Shown here: one piece after another, positions 38,675 through 47,680 of the stretch
Layout: each line of letters starts with the position of its first letter
How positions within the stretch are numbered: the stretch's first letter is position 1
From: a virus
Taxonomy: Duplodnaviria > Caudoviricetes
IMG/VR virus record: IMGVR_UViG_3300035661_000004
Reading direction: 5' to 3' (one strand)
Length of the DNA: 64,000 nt
The notes under the pieces: generated by a model
Databases searched by the model: none
What the model was told of the DNA's origin: nothing
The model's input: only the letters and a program-made list of their open reading frames with translations
Made by a program: the position numbers and the translations under genes

Positions 38675-39583
38675 ATGGATGAAATCCTCAAAAAGCTGCT
38701 TGAGTCAGACTTGCTGAGCGAAGAAACCAAGGCCACGTTGGCGGAGCAGTTCAAGACTGCCACCGACACTTTCCTGGCCGAGGAACGCGCCAAGCTCGAG
38801 ACTGAAGTCAACGCACGCCTGACGGAGGAGTTTGTCAAGGCCCGTGAAGAACTCGTTGAAAGCCTGAACATTAAGCTCGACGAAACCATCAAGGGCGAAT
38901 TTGACGAACTCAAGGGCGACATCGAACAGTTCCGTGACCTCGAAGTTGAGTTTGCCGAAAAGCTCGTTGAAGAGAAGGAACAGCTTGCTGTCCGCTTCGG
39001 CGAAGAGATGGAGATGCTTGTTGACAAGCTCGACCTCTTCCTCGAGTCCCGCGTTGACGCGGAGTTCGAAGAGCTCAAGGAAGACATCGCTGAGGTCAAG
39101 AAGCTCGAACTCGGTCGCAAGATCGTTGAAGCGTTCGGCGTTGAGTACAAGAAGATCTTCAAGGAAGACACTTCGAAGACTGAACGTGAACTCACTGAAG
39201 CACAAGACAAGCTTGCAGACGCTACCAAGCGCCTGGCTGACATCGAACGCCAACGCGTCGCTGAAGCCCGCCAAAGCAAGCTGGACGAGCTGCTCACTCC
39301 GCTGACGGGTTCCACCCGCGAGCAGATGAAGCTCATCCTCAACAATGTATCCACTGAGAAGCTGGACGAAGCGTACAAGGTTTACCTCGCACGCGTTCTG
39401 AAGGAATCGACTGTGGCTACCCCGGTGACTGCAAAGCCGGAAGCTGTTGTACAACTGACCGAAAGCAAGGTTGTCACCGGTAACGAAGGCGAAACTGAAC
39501 AAGTTCAGAAAGTCGATGCAATCACAGACCCAACCGCCGCAGCTTGGCTTTCGCGTCAGCGTAAGCTTGCTGGCATGGCATAA
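38675..39583 (+). CDS. gp22: Prohead scaffold protein
   Basis: Glu/Lys-rich coiled coil immediately upstream of the MCP; GGAG RBS. Confidence 0.85.
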   Translation: MDEILKKLLESDLLSEETKATLAEQFKTATDTFLAEERAKLETEVNARLTEEFVKAREELVESLNIKLDETIKGEFDELKGDIEQFRDLEVEFAEKLVEEKEQLAVRFGEEMEMLVDKLDLFLESRVDAEFEELKEDIAEVKKLELGRKIVEAFGVEYKKIFKEDTSKTERELTEAQDKLADATKRLADIERQRVAEARQSKLDELLTPLTGSTREQMKLILNNVSTEKLDEAYKVYLARVLKESTVATPVTAKPEAVVQLTESKVVTGNEGETEQVQKVDAITDPTAAAWLSRQRKLAGMA

Positions 39584-39606
39584 CCCTACTCCCTGGAGAC
39601 ACTCAA

Positions 39607-40962
39607 ATGCAATTTCTGAAAGAAGCAAAGGTTTGGGGCGAAGCCAAGTCCGCTCTGCTCGAAAACCTTGACCCGACCAAGACGCGTATCGTCGACCTCG
39701 CGCTGGAAAACCAGCGCAAGTACCTCCTGGAAACTGCTGGCGCTGACGTCGTTTCGACCGGCAACGTCGCTAACTTCCAGAAGATCATGATGCCTATGAT
39801 CCGCCGGATCATCCCTGGCACCATCGGTACCGAAATCGTTGGCGTTCAACCGCTGACTGGCCCAACCGGTCTGATCTTCTCCATGCGCTACGTTTACAAG
39901 AACGCAGCAACCACGGCTGAAACCACGGCTGGCGACATCGCAGTTGATGACGAAGCTTTCGGCAATACGTCTGCTTCGGCACCGTACGCTGGCAAGATGC
40001 GTCGCTTCTACTCCGGTGGCGTGACTCCTGGTGCTTCGGGCGGCCTGTACAACGCTTCTGGCGTTGCAAACGGCGGCGCGTTCACACCGGCTGGCGCGTT
40101 CTCGCTGTCTAGCTCCCCACTGTCTGGCAACGCCGGCGATGTCATCGACATGGAAGCCTTCCCAGGCCGTTCCATGGGCATCCAAGTGCTGCGTCAGGCT
40201 GTTGAAGCCAAGACCCGCAAGCTGCAAGCTAAGTGGTCGATCGAAGCTATGCAGGACCTGTCCTCGCAGCACGGTCTCGACCTCGAAGCTGAGATCACGC
40301 AGGCTCTGTCTGCCGAAATCGTGCACGAAATCGATAACGAAATCGTTACCGACCTGATCCGTCTGGCTGGTACGACTGAGCTGTTCGATATGGCTGGTTC
40401 CTTCACGGGCACCCCGCACTACATCGGTGACCGCCACGCTGTTCTCGGCGTGCTGATCAACAAGGTGGCAAACGACATCGGCGCTAAGACACGTCGCGGC
40501 ATGGCGAACTTCGCTGTGGTCAACCCGCAAATCGTGTCGGTGCTGCAGTCCGCTGCAAAGTCCGTCTTCGCACCTGCCGTTTCTGGCTCGTTCGAAGGTC
40601 CGAACAACACCAAGCTGGTTGGTACACTGAACGGCGCGATCAAGGTTTACTCCTTCCTGTTCGATGCATCGTTCGGTACTGTGGCAGCTGCTTCGGCAGT
40701 CCCAGGTGGCGCAGGCGCTTCGTCGCAGATCGTTCTGATCGGCTACAAGGGCGGCAACGGCGAAACGGACGCAGGTTACTTCTACTGCCCGTACATCCCG
40801 CTGATGACCAGCAACACCGTTGTGGATCCACAGACCTACAACAACCAAATCGCGGTCATGACCCGCTACGGCAAGGCAACGTTCACTTCGAGCGCTTCCT
40901 CCCTGGCGAACTCGGCCGACTACTACGGCAAGATCGTCGTCAACAACCTCACGTTCCTGTAA
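39607..40962 (+). CDS. gp23: Major capsid protein
   Basis: VGVQPLTGPTGLIFSMR, TRKLQAKWSIE, FYCPYIPL, MTRYG motifs. Confidence 0.97.
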   Translation: MQFLKEAKVWGEAKSALLENLDPTKTRIVDLALENQRKYLLETAGADVVSTGNVANFQKIMMPMIRRIIPGTIGTEIVGVQPLTGPTGLIFSMRYVYKNAATTAETTAGDIAVDDEAFGNTSASAPYAGKMRRFYSGGVTPGASGGLYNASGVANGGAFTPAGAFSLSSSPLSGNAGDVIDMEAFPGRSMGIQVLRQAVEAKTRKLQAKWSIEAMQDLSSQHGLDLEAEITQALSAEIVHEIDNEIVTDLIRLAGTTELFDMAGSFTGTPHYIGDRHAVLGVLINKVANDIGAKTRRGMANFAVVNPQIVSVLQSAAKSVFAPAVSGSFEGPNNTKLVGTLNGAIKVYSFLFDASFGTVAAASAVPGGAGASSQIVLIGYKGGNGETDAGYFYCPYIPLMTSNTVVDPQTYNNQIAVMTRYGKATFTSSASSLANSADYYGKIVVNNLTFL

Positions 40963-41010
40963 TCCAGGAAGCCGTCGCAAGGCGGTGTTGTTTACGGCTC
41001 AAGCCAACTC

Positions 41011-41035
41011 AGGCCACCCGCGGGTGGCCTTTTTC
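41011..41035 (+). terminator. Rho-independent terminator after the MCP gene
   Basis: AGGCCACC-cgcg-GGTGGCCT-TTTT. Confidence 0.9.
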
Positions 41036-41118
41036 TTGCTTGAAGTTTTCTACTCATGGAAAATGTAAGCTGCGAAAGGCTGTGTTTTAAGATCCGCCTC
41101 TCATAACGGATCTTCGTC

Positions 41119-41373
41119 ATGGCATTCAATAAGTTAGCAGCCTTCAAGAAGCCTAAGGCGTTAAAGTCAGCTGATGTTGAGTATGAAAGGAACAACATCT
41201 TCAAGATGGTTAGTCTCCTGACACCTAAGCCTCCTAAGCCGACATTTAAGCGTTGGGAAGATCCGCTTCACAAGCTTGCCATCACAGCTGCTCCTCCTTC
41301 TGCTTGGCAAGAAGCCGAGTATAAAGATCGGCAAGATCGGCAAGTTCGGGCGATTGAAGACGCGCTTAGCTAG
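41119..41373 (+). CDS. Hypothetical basic protein
   Basis: 84-aa ORF after the MCP terminator. Confidence 0.5.
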   Translation: MAFNKLAAFKKPKALKSADVEYERNNIFKMVSLLTPKPPKPTFKRWEDPLHKLAITAAPPSAWQEAEYKDRQDRQVRAIEDALS

Positions 41374-41402
41374 TTTACATGCATCGGCGGACTGAATAAA
41401 AT
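41374..41402 (+). promoter_or_regulatory. Sigma70-type early promoter
   Basis: gTTTACA-17-TAAAAT, resembling T4 early GTTTAC -35. Confidence 0.65.
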
Positions 41403-41408
41403 CCGTAC

Positions 41409-41792
41409 ATGGCGCACGCTAGCATCCCATTCTTCCTCAAGCTGCAAGCTGCGCTCATCGACAACATCGATGATTGCAAGACTAGGCTTAAACGGGAACA
41501 GGATGAGCCTTGCCTCATCTATCATGACCCGGCCCTCGGCCGCTTGTACTTTAGGCATATCGGAAAGTCCATCACTGTTAGCATAGGCCGAGACGGCAAC
41601 CGCGAACGTGTGACCAGGCTGCCCAGCCCGATCTCAGCAGCAATTGGGTCAGAGCTGTTTGAGGAGAACATGAGCTCGATCGGCATTGCGGTGACCCACA
41701 TTGTCTATCGTCGTGCCCGCGCTCGGGACACGTTGGATAACACCAATACCTATAGCGAACTGGTCTTCGATAAGTTCTATGCTGTCGTATAA
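41409..41792 (+). CDS. QQ-family-like protein without leader
   Basis: FFLKLQAALIDNIDDCK; GTTTACA-17-TAAAAT promoter 6 nt upstream. Confidence 0.65.
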   Translation: MAHASIPFFLKLQAALIDNIDDCKTRLKREQDEPCLIYHDPALGRLYFRHIGKSITVSIGRDGNRERVTRLPSPISAAIGSELFEENMSSIGIAVTHIVYRRARARDTLDNTNTYSELVFDKFYAVV

Positions 41793-41958
41793 GCGTTTCC
41801 TGCTTGAGGTTCAACAGCTTCTGCTATCGAGCGATGAGGCCATTGGGGCTCTCAAGGTGCCTAGCACGACCGTGCACTCGGTGCGGATCATTTCTCCTAG
41901 CGACCGTAACTTCCTGAACGGCGACGAAGTCACCTTTGGCGGCTGGGACATCCCGTGA
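41779..41958 (+). CDS. Short QQ-motif protein (59 aa)
   Basis: MLSYKRFLLEVQQLLLSSD; overlaps the previous gene by 14 nt. Confidence 0.55.
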   Translation: MLSYKRFLLEVQQLLLSSDEAIGALKVPSTTVHSVRIISPSDRNFLNGDEVTFGGWDIP

Positions 41959-41996
41959 CTTCAAAAGAGAGATGGGTAGCTGGCCATAAGCCCTGG

Positions 41997-42002
41997 TAAA
42001 TA
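41997..42002 (+). promoter_or_regulatory. Late promoter TAAATA, 5 nt before ATG
   Basis: TAAATA-gatgc-ATG, inside a hairpin. Confidence 0.7.
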
Positions 42003-42007
42003 GATGC

Positions 42008-42247
42008 ATGAGCATCTTTACCACCCTCCTCGAGAACGACGAGACCGCCAAGCTAGAGGCTTGGAAGGCTGGCGTTAAGAAGGCGCATCCTGACTATGCG
42101 TCCAAGATCCAGTTCAAGGGCCGTACTGAGCCTGGCAAAGACGGCAAGTCACGGAACCTCATCAATGCTGAGGTGCCAGGTCTCGACCGTTCTTTCGGCG
42201 TCTTCAACCTTGATGACCCCGATGACAACGAAGTCCTAGGCGACTGA
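42008..42247 (+). CDS. Small late protein with MSIFTTLLE leader
   Basis: TAAATA 5 nt upstream; phage-like codon usage. Confidence 0.7.
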   Translation: MSIFTTLLENDETAKLEAWKAGVKKAHPDYASKIQFKGRTEPGKDGKSRNLINAEVPGLDRSFGVFNLDDPDDNEVLGD

Positions 42248-42785
42248 AAACCAAGTAGGCTGTTCGCGCTTGGTCCACTTGGCCAAGTGCTGCTTGCACT
42301 TGACATAGTACCTACGGTAGGCTTCGACAGCATTCGAGCCTCGTAGCTCCTCGGGCATCGCCTGAGCGGGTTCGGTGAACCCGATGTCATCAAGACCTTT
42401 AGGCGCCTTTGCAAGGAACTCACCTAGTTCTCTGACTGTTTTCCCTACGCCTGGTGTAAAACGGCACTGCCGCTCGATATCGAGCTCTATCATTAACTGA
42501 TAGAGCCTTGCTACGTCTAACCCAGACGGCGCACGGGTGGTTGACGTGCGTCGCAACATAGCATATACGATTTGCGATGGTAAGGCGCTGAGCATCTAAG
42601 TTAAAGACAGCATCCTCGCCTGCCAGCTTCAAGATCCGCTTTCCCTTGTGCTCGACGTAGCTGCCATTGAGCAGCCTGTGAGTGCTTAGCATCTGTGCTG
42701 ATTCAAGGACCATCTCGACCACATGCTTGTCAGCGTGTTGTTGGGCTGCTAACGCTGGGTCATCTGCTAGCATGAAGATGTTCAT
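42236..42785 (-). pseudogene. Pyrimidine-dimer DNA glycosylase-like gene broken by an out-of-frame deletion
   Basis: MNIF...DKHVV.M.LESAQMLST...THVNHPCAVWVR in one frame; LYQL...AQAMP...AYRRYY..K...W..R..P.W in another; the usual NYxW segment is missing near 42507. Confidence 0.8.
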
Positions 42786-42825
42786 GTCGCCATCATAACC
42801 GCTCGGCAACAGATAGTAAACACGC

Positions 42826-42853
42826 AAAGAAAAGGCCGCTCATCGAGCGGCCT
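42826..42853 (-). terminator. Rho-independent terminator
   Basis: AGGCCGCTC/GAGCGGCCT followed by TTTTCTTT on the minus strand. Confidence 0.85.
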
Positions 42854-42872
42854 CGTCGCTAACCTGCTAGGA

Positions 42873-43160
42873 TTAGCTGATTGTCTTCAGGGCGCCGATG
42901 GCAGCCTTGATAGCAGCAGCGGTAGCTGCAACAGTGGTGGTGTTCGCTGGCGTGAGGTTGTCAACGATCACGGTCGGGAACGTGACGAGCTCGTCGCCTG
43001 AACCGGCTGTCGAATTGGTCGTCAGGTCATACTCGACGCCTTCGAGAGCGAAACCCTCGATGACGACTTGCAGGTTGGACAGGGCCAGGGCGCCTGCCGA
43101 GTTGATTGCAACGACGCGGCCGCGAACGGCGAAGTCGAACTGTTTCTTAGCAATTGCCAT
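42873..43160 (-). CDS. Small late, probably structural protein
   Basis: Own TAAATA promoter and terminator; strongly biased codons; Ala/Thr/Val-rich. Confidence 0.75.
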   Translation of the reverse strand: MAIAKKQFDFAVRGRVVAINSAGALALSNLQVVIEGFALEGVEYDLTTNSTAGSGDELVTFPTVIVDNLTPANTTTVAATAAAIKAAIGALKTIS

Positions 43161-43194
43161 GGTGAGGGGGTCTCCGCAAAAAGGTTAGCGGATG

Positions 43195-43200
43195 TATTTA
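43195..43200 (-). promoter_or_regulatory. Late promoter TAAATA
   Basis: Upstream of 42873-43160. Confidence 0.65.
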
Positions 43201-43351
43201 CCTGGCCGGGCGGCTGGAAGCCAGCCCAGGAATGGCAATTGACACGGTGAACAATGTTCCAAAAAGATGTCAAGATGTCTAAAACCGTGATATATATCAT
43301 ACAATTGATGTTTCAAACATTGGTAAGAGGTTAAAGAGTGTAACTTGGTAG

Positions 43352-43380
43352 TTTACAAAGCTCGAGTATGGGATTAAATT
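43352..43380 (+). promoter_or_regulatory. Sigma70-type early promoter
   Basis: gTTTACA-17-TAAATT. Confidence 0.6.
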
Positions 43381-43453
43381 CAAACCCGTGAACAGCAACG
43401 GCAACCGCCAAACAACGAGTTCACTTCCACCAACACCTCTGGAGTAGTACCAA

Positions 43454-43858
43454 ATGAACACCGCAACCACCCCCGTTTCCACAGCCGCAGCCGCACCTGC
43501 ACCCGCCCAGACCGCCTTCATCATGAAGGACGGGGACAAGTTCGCCTGCGTGGTGAACAACGAGCGGGTAGCGACCTCGAAGCATGCCGACTACGTCGAA
43601 TACCATCTCCGCCGCGGCGACGTCAAGGTGCTCACCGAGCTGTCGATTAACAACATCGCCTACGTCGATGACAACGGCGTGGTCACGAAGATCGTGGCGG
43701 CTGAACGCACCCCGCGCCGTCAGCAACAGCGCGCCCAGAAGGCAGCAACGGCCGCCGGCGCCCCGATCGCGGTTCCGCAGGTACAGTCGAAGATCCCGGT
43801 CGCCGTCAGCCGCGCCGCCAAGGCTGCCGTCAAGCTGTTGGCGCCCGCCACACATTGA
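43454..43858 (+). CDS. Hypothetical early protein
   Basis: GTTTACA-17-TAAATT promoter and GGAG RBS. Confidence 0.75.
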   Translation: MNTATTPVSTAAAAPAPAQTAFIMKDGDKFACVVNNERVATSKHADYVEYHLRRGDVKVLTELSINNIAYVDDNGVVTKIVAAERTPRRQQQRAQKAATAAGAPIAVPQVQSKIPVAVSRAAKAAVKLLAPATH

Positions 43859-43929
43859 ACGGCCAGCAACTTTTCTAACCTTCCCCTAAGCCCCCGGCTT
43901 TTTGTAAGCCACCCGATTGGGTGGCTTAC

Positions 43930-44337
43930 TCATTTCCAGGCTGATTTCCAGGCTGAGAGCTTCTTACCAGTCAGCATCCTGGCCATTGCCTTGCGCTGCT
44001 TCTCATGCTCCGCAAAGACAAAGGGTAGCTGTCCTACAATCAGCGGTACCAGCTTCTCAAAGCTGATGATTGGTGAGTCAAAGATGCCAAACCAACCATC
44101 GCCGGCTCCGTACACGGCCCCTGCGCCCACGTAGATTTCAGCTGAGTCGCGCTCGCTTCTCGCTATCACAAGCTTTACGGTCTCTTCGTCATGCTTGACC
44201 GTCCCTGTATTGGTGATCAGCTCGCGCTTGATCGTGTGATGCTTGCGGGCCAGCTTGATATCGAGGTCAGCGTCAAACTCGACCAACGCTTGCTGGAGCT
44301 TCAGCGCACGTTGCACTGCGTTGTCGGGCGTGCTCAT
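43930..44337 (-). CDS. QQ-motif family protein without leader
   Basis: MSTPDNAVQRALKLQQALVEFDADLDIKL. Confidence 0.7.
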   Translation of the reverse strand: MSTPDNAVQRALKLQQALVEFDADLDIKLARKHHTIKRELITNTGTVKHDEETVKLVIARSERDSAEIYVGAGAVYGAGDGWFGIFDSPIISFEKLVPLIVGQLPFVFAEHEKQRKAMARMLTGKKLSAWKSAWK

Positions 44338-45517
44338 ATACGGTCTCCACGAGAACTTCAACCTTGCAGCGGGACAGCACCGTTTGCTTGACGCCCTTGT
44401 ACGTGTCGTGCTCGACGATCGTGCCGGTCACCTTGACGCTGTCCTCCTTGTGTAGGAGGTTACCTGCCGAGGTCTTCTTCCACTTGAAGGTCCGACCTTC
44501 GATGTCCCTCATGATCACCAAATAGTCATAGGTGTCATGGTAGTAATTGCTGGTGATCGGATGCACGAGCGTGACGGTCAGCTCCAGGTCTCGAGCGCGG
44601 TCACCGACAACGCCGTAGAACTCGTTGAGTGTCTTCGCCTTGCCAGGCAGCGAGCCATGAGCCTTGTGGTAGGTGTAGACGCTCGAGACGACGTAGTTCA
44701 GGTGGCGAGCTTCAACCTCGTTGGCGATCAGCATGATCGAGAGGTTCTTGAAGTAGTCCGAGTCGTAGCGCCGAGCCAGGATATAGGCGATGATCTTGTC
44801 TGCCAGCTCGTGGTCTTGGTCATCGATTGACTTGGCCTGGCCGTTAAACATCAGCTCCCACACATAATTGGTCGTGCCACGGGTATCTTCCGAGCAGAAC
44901 TCGTACTTGCCACGCTCACGCACCACCTGGCAAGCGTAGGAGACAGCGAGCGCCGCAAGCAGCGTCACCGGCTTGTAGTCATGCCGTTGGCTGTTGTGAT
45001 ATGTGGGCTCGCGCTTGGCCAGGTCATTCAGGTAGTCAGACAGGGCCTTCAGAGAGGACATCCACCACGCAACGGCCTTCTCGGGGCTCTTGGCGCTGAG
45101 GAAGTCATCCATGCAGCTCGAGCCGACCTGCTTGTAAGCACCGTCATCGTGCTGCAGCAGCCAGGTGAACTTGCGCTTGCGGTTCTGCCCGCAGTGCTCG
45201 CACAGGTAGGCTGAGCTCTTGCGGTAGCTGTCAGGCGCGTTCTCGCCGGGCACCCCGAAGATCAGGTTGTCCTGGCCTTCAACCGCTTCGATGCGGCCGA
45301 GGAAGCGCCAGCCATTGAGCTTGATCGGCTCGCCGAACACCTCGATGTCAATGACCTCGTCAACTTGGTTGTTGCGGTTTGAGCGGAGGTAGGTGTCGGA
45401 AACCGTGTGAGCCAGCGGCTGGCAGCCCAGCTTTGTCGCCTTCTTGTTGAGCTTCTCCAGCTCAAGCACCAGCAGCGGCACGCACTCGGGAATGATGGTT
45501 GCTTTCAGCAGGCTCAT
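44273..45517 (-). CDS. Zn-ribbon plus C-terminal OB-fold protein
   Basis: CEHCG...VGSSC; C-terminal GVVGDR...GRTFKWK...VTGTIVEHDTYKGVKQTVLSR; start MSLLK at 45517 with GAGG RBS. Confidence 0.7.
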   Translation of the reverse strand: MSLLKATIIPECVPLLVLELEKLNKKATKLGCQPLAHTVSDTYLRSNRNNQVDEVIDIEVFGEPIKLNGWRFLGRIEAVEGQDNLIFGVPGENAPDSYRKSSAYLCEHCGQNRKRKFTWLLQHDDGAYKQVGSSCMDDFLSAKSPEKAVAWWMSSLKALSDYLNDLAKREPTYHNSQRHDYKPVTLLAALAVSYACQVVRERGKYEFCSEDTRGTTNYVWELMFNGQAKSIDDQDHELADKIIAYILARRYDSDYFKNLSIMLIANEVEARHLNYVVSSVYTYHKAHGSLPGKAKTLNEFYGVVGDRARDLELTVTLVHPITSNYYHDTYDYLVIMRDIEGRTFKWKKTSAGNLLHKEDSVKVTGTIVEHDTYKGVKQTVLSRCKVEVLVETVYEHARQRSATCAEAPASVGRV

Positions 45518-45662
45518 TTTGTCACCTCGACAAACAGCAGTTGCAGGCCGCATTCTTTTGCGATGCGGATGGCACGAGCGCGTTCCAGCGGAGCCTTGGA
45601 ATCCCACAGCACAGGCTCTCCGACTTCGTTGATGAATCCAACGCTTCGATCTTCAGCTCCAT
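45514..45662 (-). pseudogene. Small gene with apparent frameshift near 45644
   Basis: MELKIE joins VGFINEVGEPVLWDSKAPLERARAIRIAKECGLQLLFVEVTK* (ATGA-coupled) if one base is added. Confidence 0.55.
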
Positions 45663-45921
45663 GTTGCTCTCCTCAAGCATTTGTTGCAGCCAAGGCAGCC
45701 TGCTTCGTACCCAGCGGCCCAACCGCCTTGCCAAGCAGATGCTTCATAGTGGTTGTAGTAGCAAGGCGCTTTTCAGGCTCAACAGGCTCGATGATCACTT
45801 CGTCCTGCACGTCGGCTGCCCAAGCGGGAACCGGGTCGTGCTTGAACTAGCGAAACCGAACAGGCTTGGCGGAGGTGTCATTGCAATGACGATACGTGAT
45901 CGTTGCGCCAATGTCTGCCAT
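45653..45921 (-). pseudogene. Early gene with in-frame TAG and a frameshift
   Basis: AAGGAG RBS; MADIG...VRFR-TAG-FKHDPVPAW...EKR, then shifted PCYYNHYEASAWQGGWAAGYEAG. Confidence 0.55.
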
Positions 45922-45958
45922 GATGCTCTCCTTAAGTATCTGTTGAACGATTGATTTG

Positions 45959-45989
45959 ATTATACACTTGATATAGCTCCTTGTAAATA
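45959..45989. promoter_or_regulatory. Overlapping leftward sigma70-type promoter and rightward TAAATA
   Basis: Minus TTTACA-18-TATAAT; plus TAAATA 45984-45989. Confidence 0.6.
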
Positions 45990-46050
45990 GGCACGAGACA
46001 TCCTATGTGAGGAAAACTTCGGAAGAGGCATCTCCCTGGCTATCTCGTCA

Positions 46051-46056
46051 TAAATA
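46051..46056 (+). promoter_or_regulatory. Late promoter TAAATA for the sheath gene
   Basis: cATAAATAc upstream of an AGGAG RBS. Confidence 0.7.
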
Positions 46057-46090
46057 CACAGTCTAAGAAATTGACAGGAGACACCCTACC

Positions 46091-47662
46091 ATGCCAACTC
46101 TCGTCTCACCAGGCGTTAGCGTTACCATCATCGACGAGTCGTTCTACGTCGCCGCTTCTGCGCCTTGCGTGCCGTTGTTCTTCGTCGCAACGCGCGAGGA
46201 CAAGAAGAAGGCCGACGGTACGACGGATGCACCTGGCGCCAAGGAATCCAGCGTCGTTCGAACCATCACATCCCTGAACCAGTCTGTGGACACCTACGGT
46301 GTTCCATACTTCCGTGCGGACAACACCGGCGCTCAGCTGCACGGTGACGCTCGCAATGAGTACGGCCTCTTTGCGCTCAACCAGTATCTGTCCGTTGGCA
46401 ACCGCGCTTATGTCGTGCGCGCCGACGTTGACCTGGCTGATGCACCGGTCGTAACTCTGACCCCAGGCTCCCCAACCTTCACCGGTGCGGGTAACGGTGC
46501 AATGACTTCGGTCGCTGTGAACCAGACAACTGGTCACGCTGAAACTTGGACCGTCACGGCTACCAGCTCGACGAACTTCTCGGTCTCTGGTTTTGTGTCA
46601 GGCGGTCAACCGACAGCCATTGTAGGTACGCCTTACAACAACGGCATCATCTCCTTCACGATCAATGCGGGTTCTACTCCGTTCTCGGCAGGCGATGTCT
46701 TCACGGTCGTAGTCACGTCTTCGACAGCCGCAAACCCGCTGGGCGCCAATGACGCTGCCAAGCGCGTTACGATTGTCACGGCTCTGGCCGCTGAGATCAA
46801 CACGAACTCTGACGTGCGTTCGGACTACTACGAGTACAACATCATCCTGTGCCCTGGCTACCCAGAGGTCATCGACGAGCTGTTGAACCTGAACCTGTCC
46901 ATCAACGAAGAGGCGTTCATCATCGCTGACACGCCGATGAACAAGAGCCCAGAGGATACGGCAACGTGGTCAATGACTTCGGCGCGCTTCCGCTCGCAGA
47001 ACGTTGCGTACTACTACCCGCACGTCTTGGCCTCCAACCTCGACGGCGTTGACGTGCTGGCTTCGGCTTCGGGCGCTGCGCTCAAGACCTTCGCCTACAC
47101 AGCGAACGTTGCTGAAGTTTGGTACCCACCTGCAGGCTTCCGCCGGGGCGTGCTGACTGGTATCTCGAATGTCGGTTACGTCACCGGCACGTTGGGTACG
47201 CCGACAACCTTCGTTCAGTCTCCGCTGAACCAAGGCCAACGCGACGTACTCTATGAGTATCAGAAGAACGTCAACATCATCCCGTACTTCCCGGGTCGTG
47301 GCTTCGTGGTCTTCGGTCAGAAGACCTCCTACAGCCTGACATCGGCGCTTGACCGGGTCAACGTCATGCTGCTGCTGCAAAAGCTGAAGCGCGAGATCCG
47401 CAAGGCCTCGATGGCTTACCTGTTTGAGCTGAATGACCGCATCACGCGCGACTCGATCAAGACGATGATCGATGACTACCTGAATGACATCATGGTCCGC
47501 CGTGGCCTGTATGATTACCTGGTAGTCTGCGATGACAGCAATAACACGCCGACTCGCATTGACCGTAACGAGCTGTGGGTTGACATCCTCGTCAAGCCGC
47601 CGAAGTCGGTCGAGTTCATCTACATCCCAATCCGGGTTGTTGCAACGGGTACTTCGATCTAA
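46091..47662 (+). CDS. gp18: Contractile tail sheath protein
   Basis: LVSPGVSVTIIDES start; WYPPAGFRRG, GQKT, ALDRVNV, IDRNELWVDI.VKPPKSVEFI motifs. Confidence 0.95.
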   Translation: MPTLVSPGVSVTIIDESFYVAASAPCVPLFFVATREDKKKADGTTDAPGAKESSVVRTITSLNQSVDTYGVPYFRADNTGAQLHGDARNEYGLFALNQYLSVGNRAYVVRADVDLADAPVVTLTPGSPTFTGAGNGAMTSVAVNQTTGHAETWTVTATSSTNFSVSGFVSGGQPTAIVGTPYNNGIISFTINAGSTPFSAGDVFTVVVTSSTAANPLGANDAAKRVTIVTALAAEINTNSDVRSDYYEYNIILCPGYPEVIDELLNLNLSINEEAFIIADTPMNKSPEDTATWSMTSARFRSQNVAYYYPHVLASNLDGVDVLASASGAALKTFAYTANVAEVWYPPAGFRRGVLTGISNVGYVTGTLGTPTTFVQSPLNQGQRDVLYEYQKNVNIIPYFPGRGFVVFGQKTSYSLTSALDRVNVMLLLQKLKREIRKASMAYLFELNDRITRDSIKTMIDDYLNDIMVRRGLYDYLVVCDDSNNTPTRIDRNELWVDILVKPPKSVEFIYIPIRVVATGTSI

Positions 47663-47680
47663 AGGCATAAACGCCTCTTC

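Noticed and set aside
38614-40980. Long antisense ORFs opposite scaffold and MCP (also opposite sheath, portal, AAA gene)
   Set aside because: Shadow frames expected from strong codon bias; no RBS/promoter and unnatural composition.
24657-45607. ORF-track starts at 20727, 24657, 24716, 30469, 34179, 42827, 44361, 45607
   Set aside because: They overlap neighbours or promoters; downstream starts with RBS, coupling or promoter geometry fit better.
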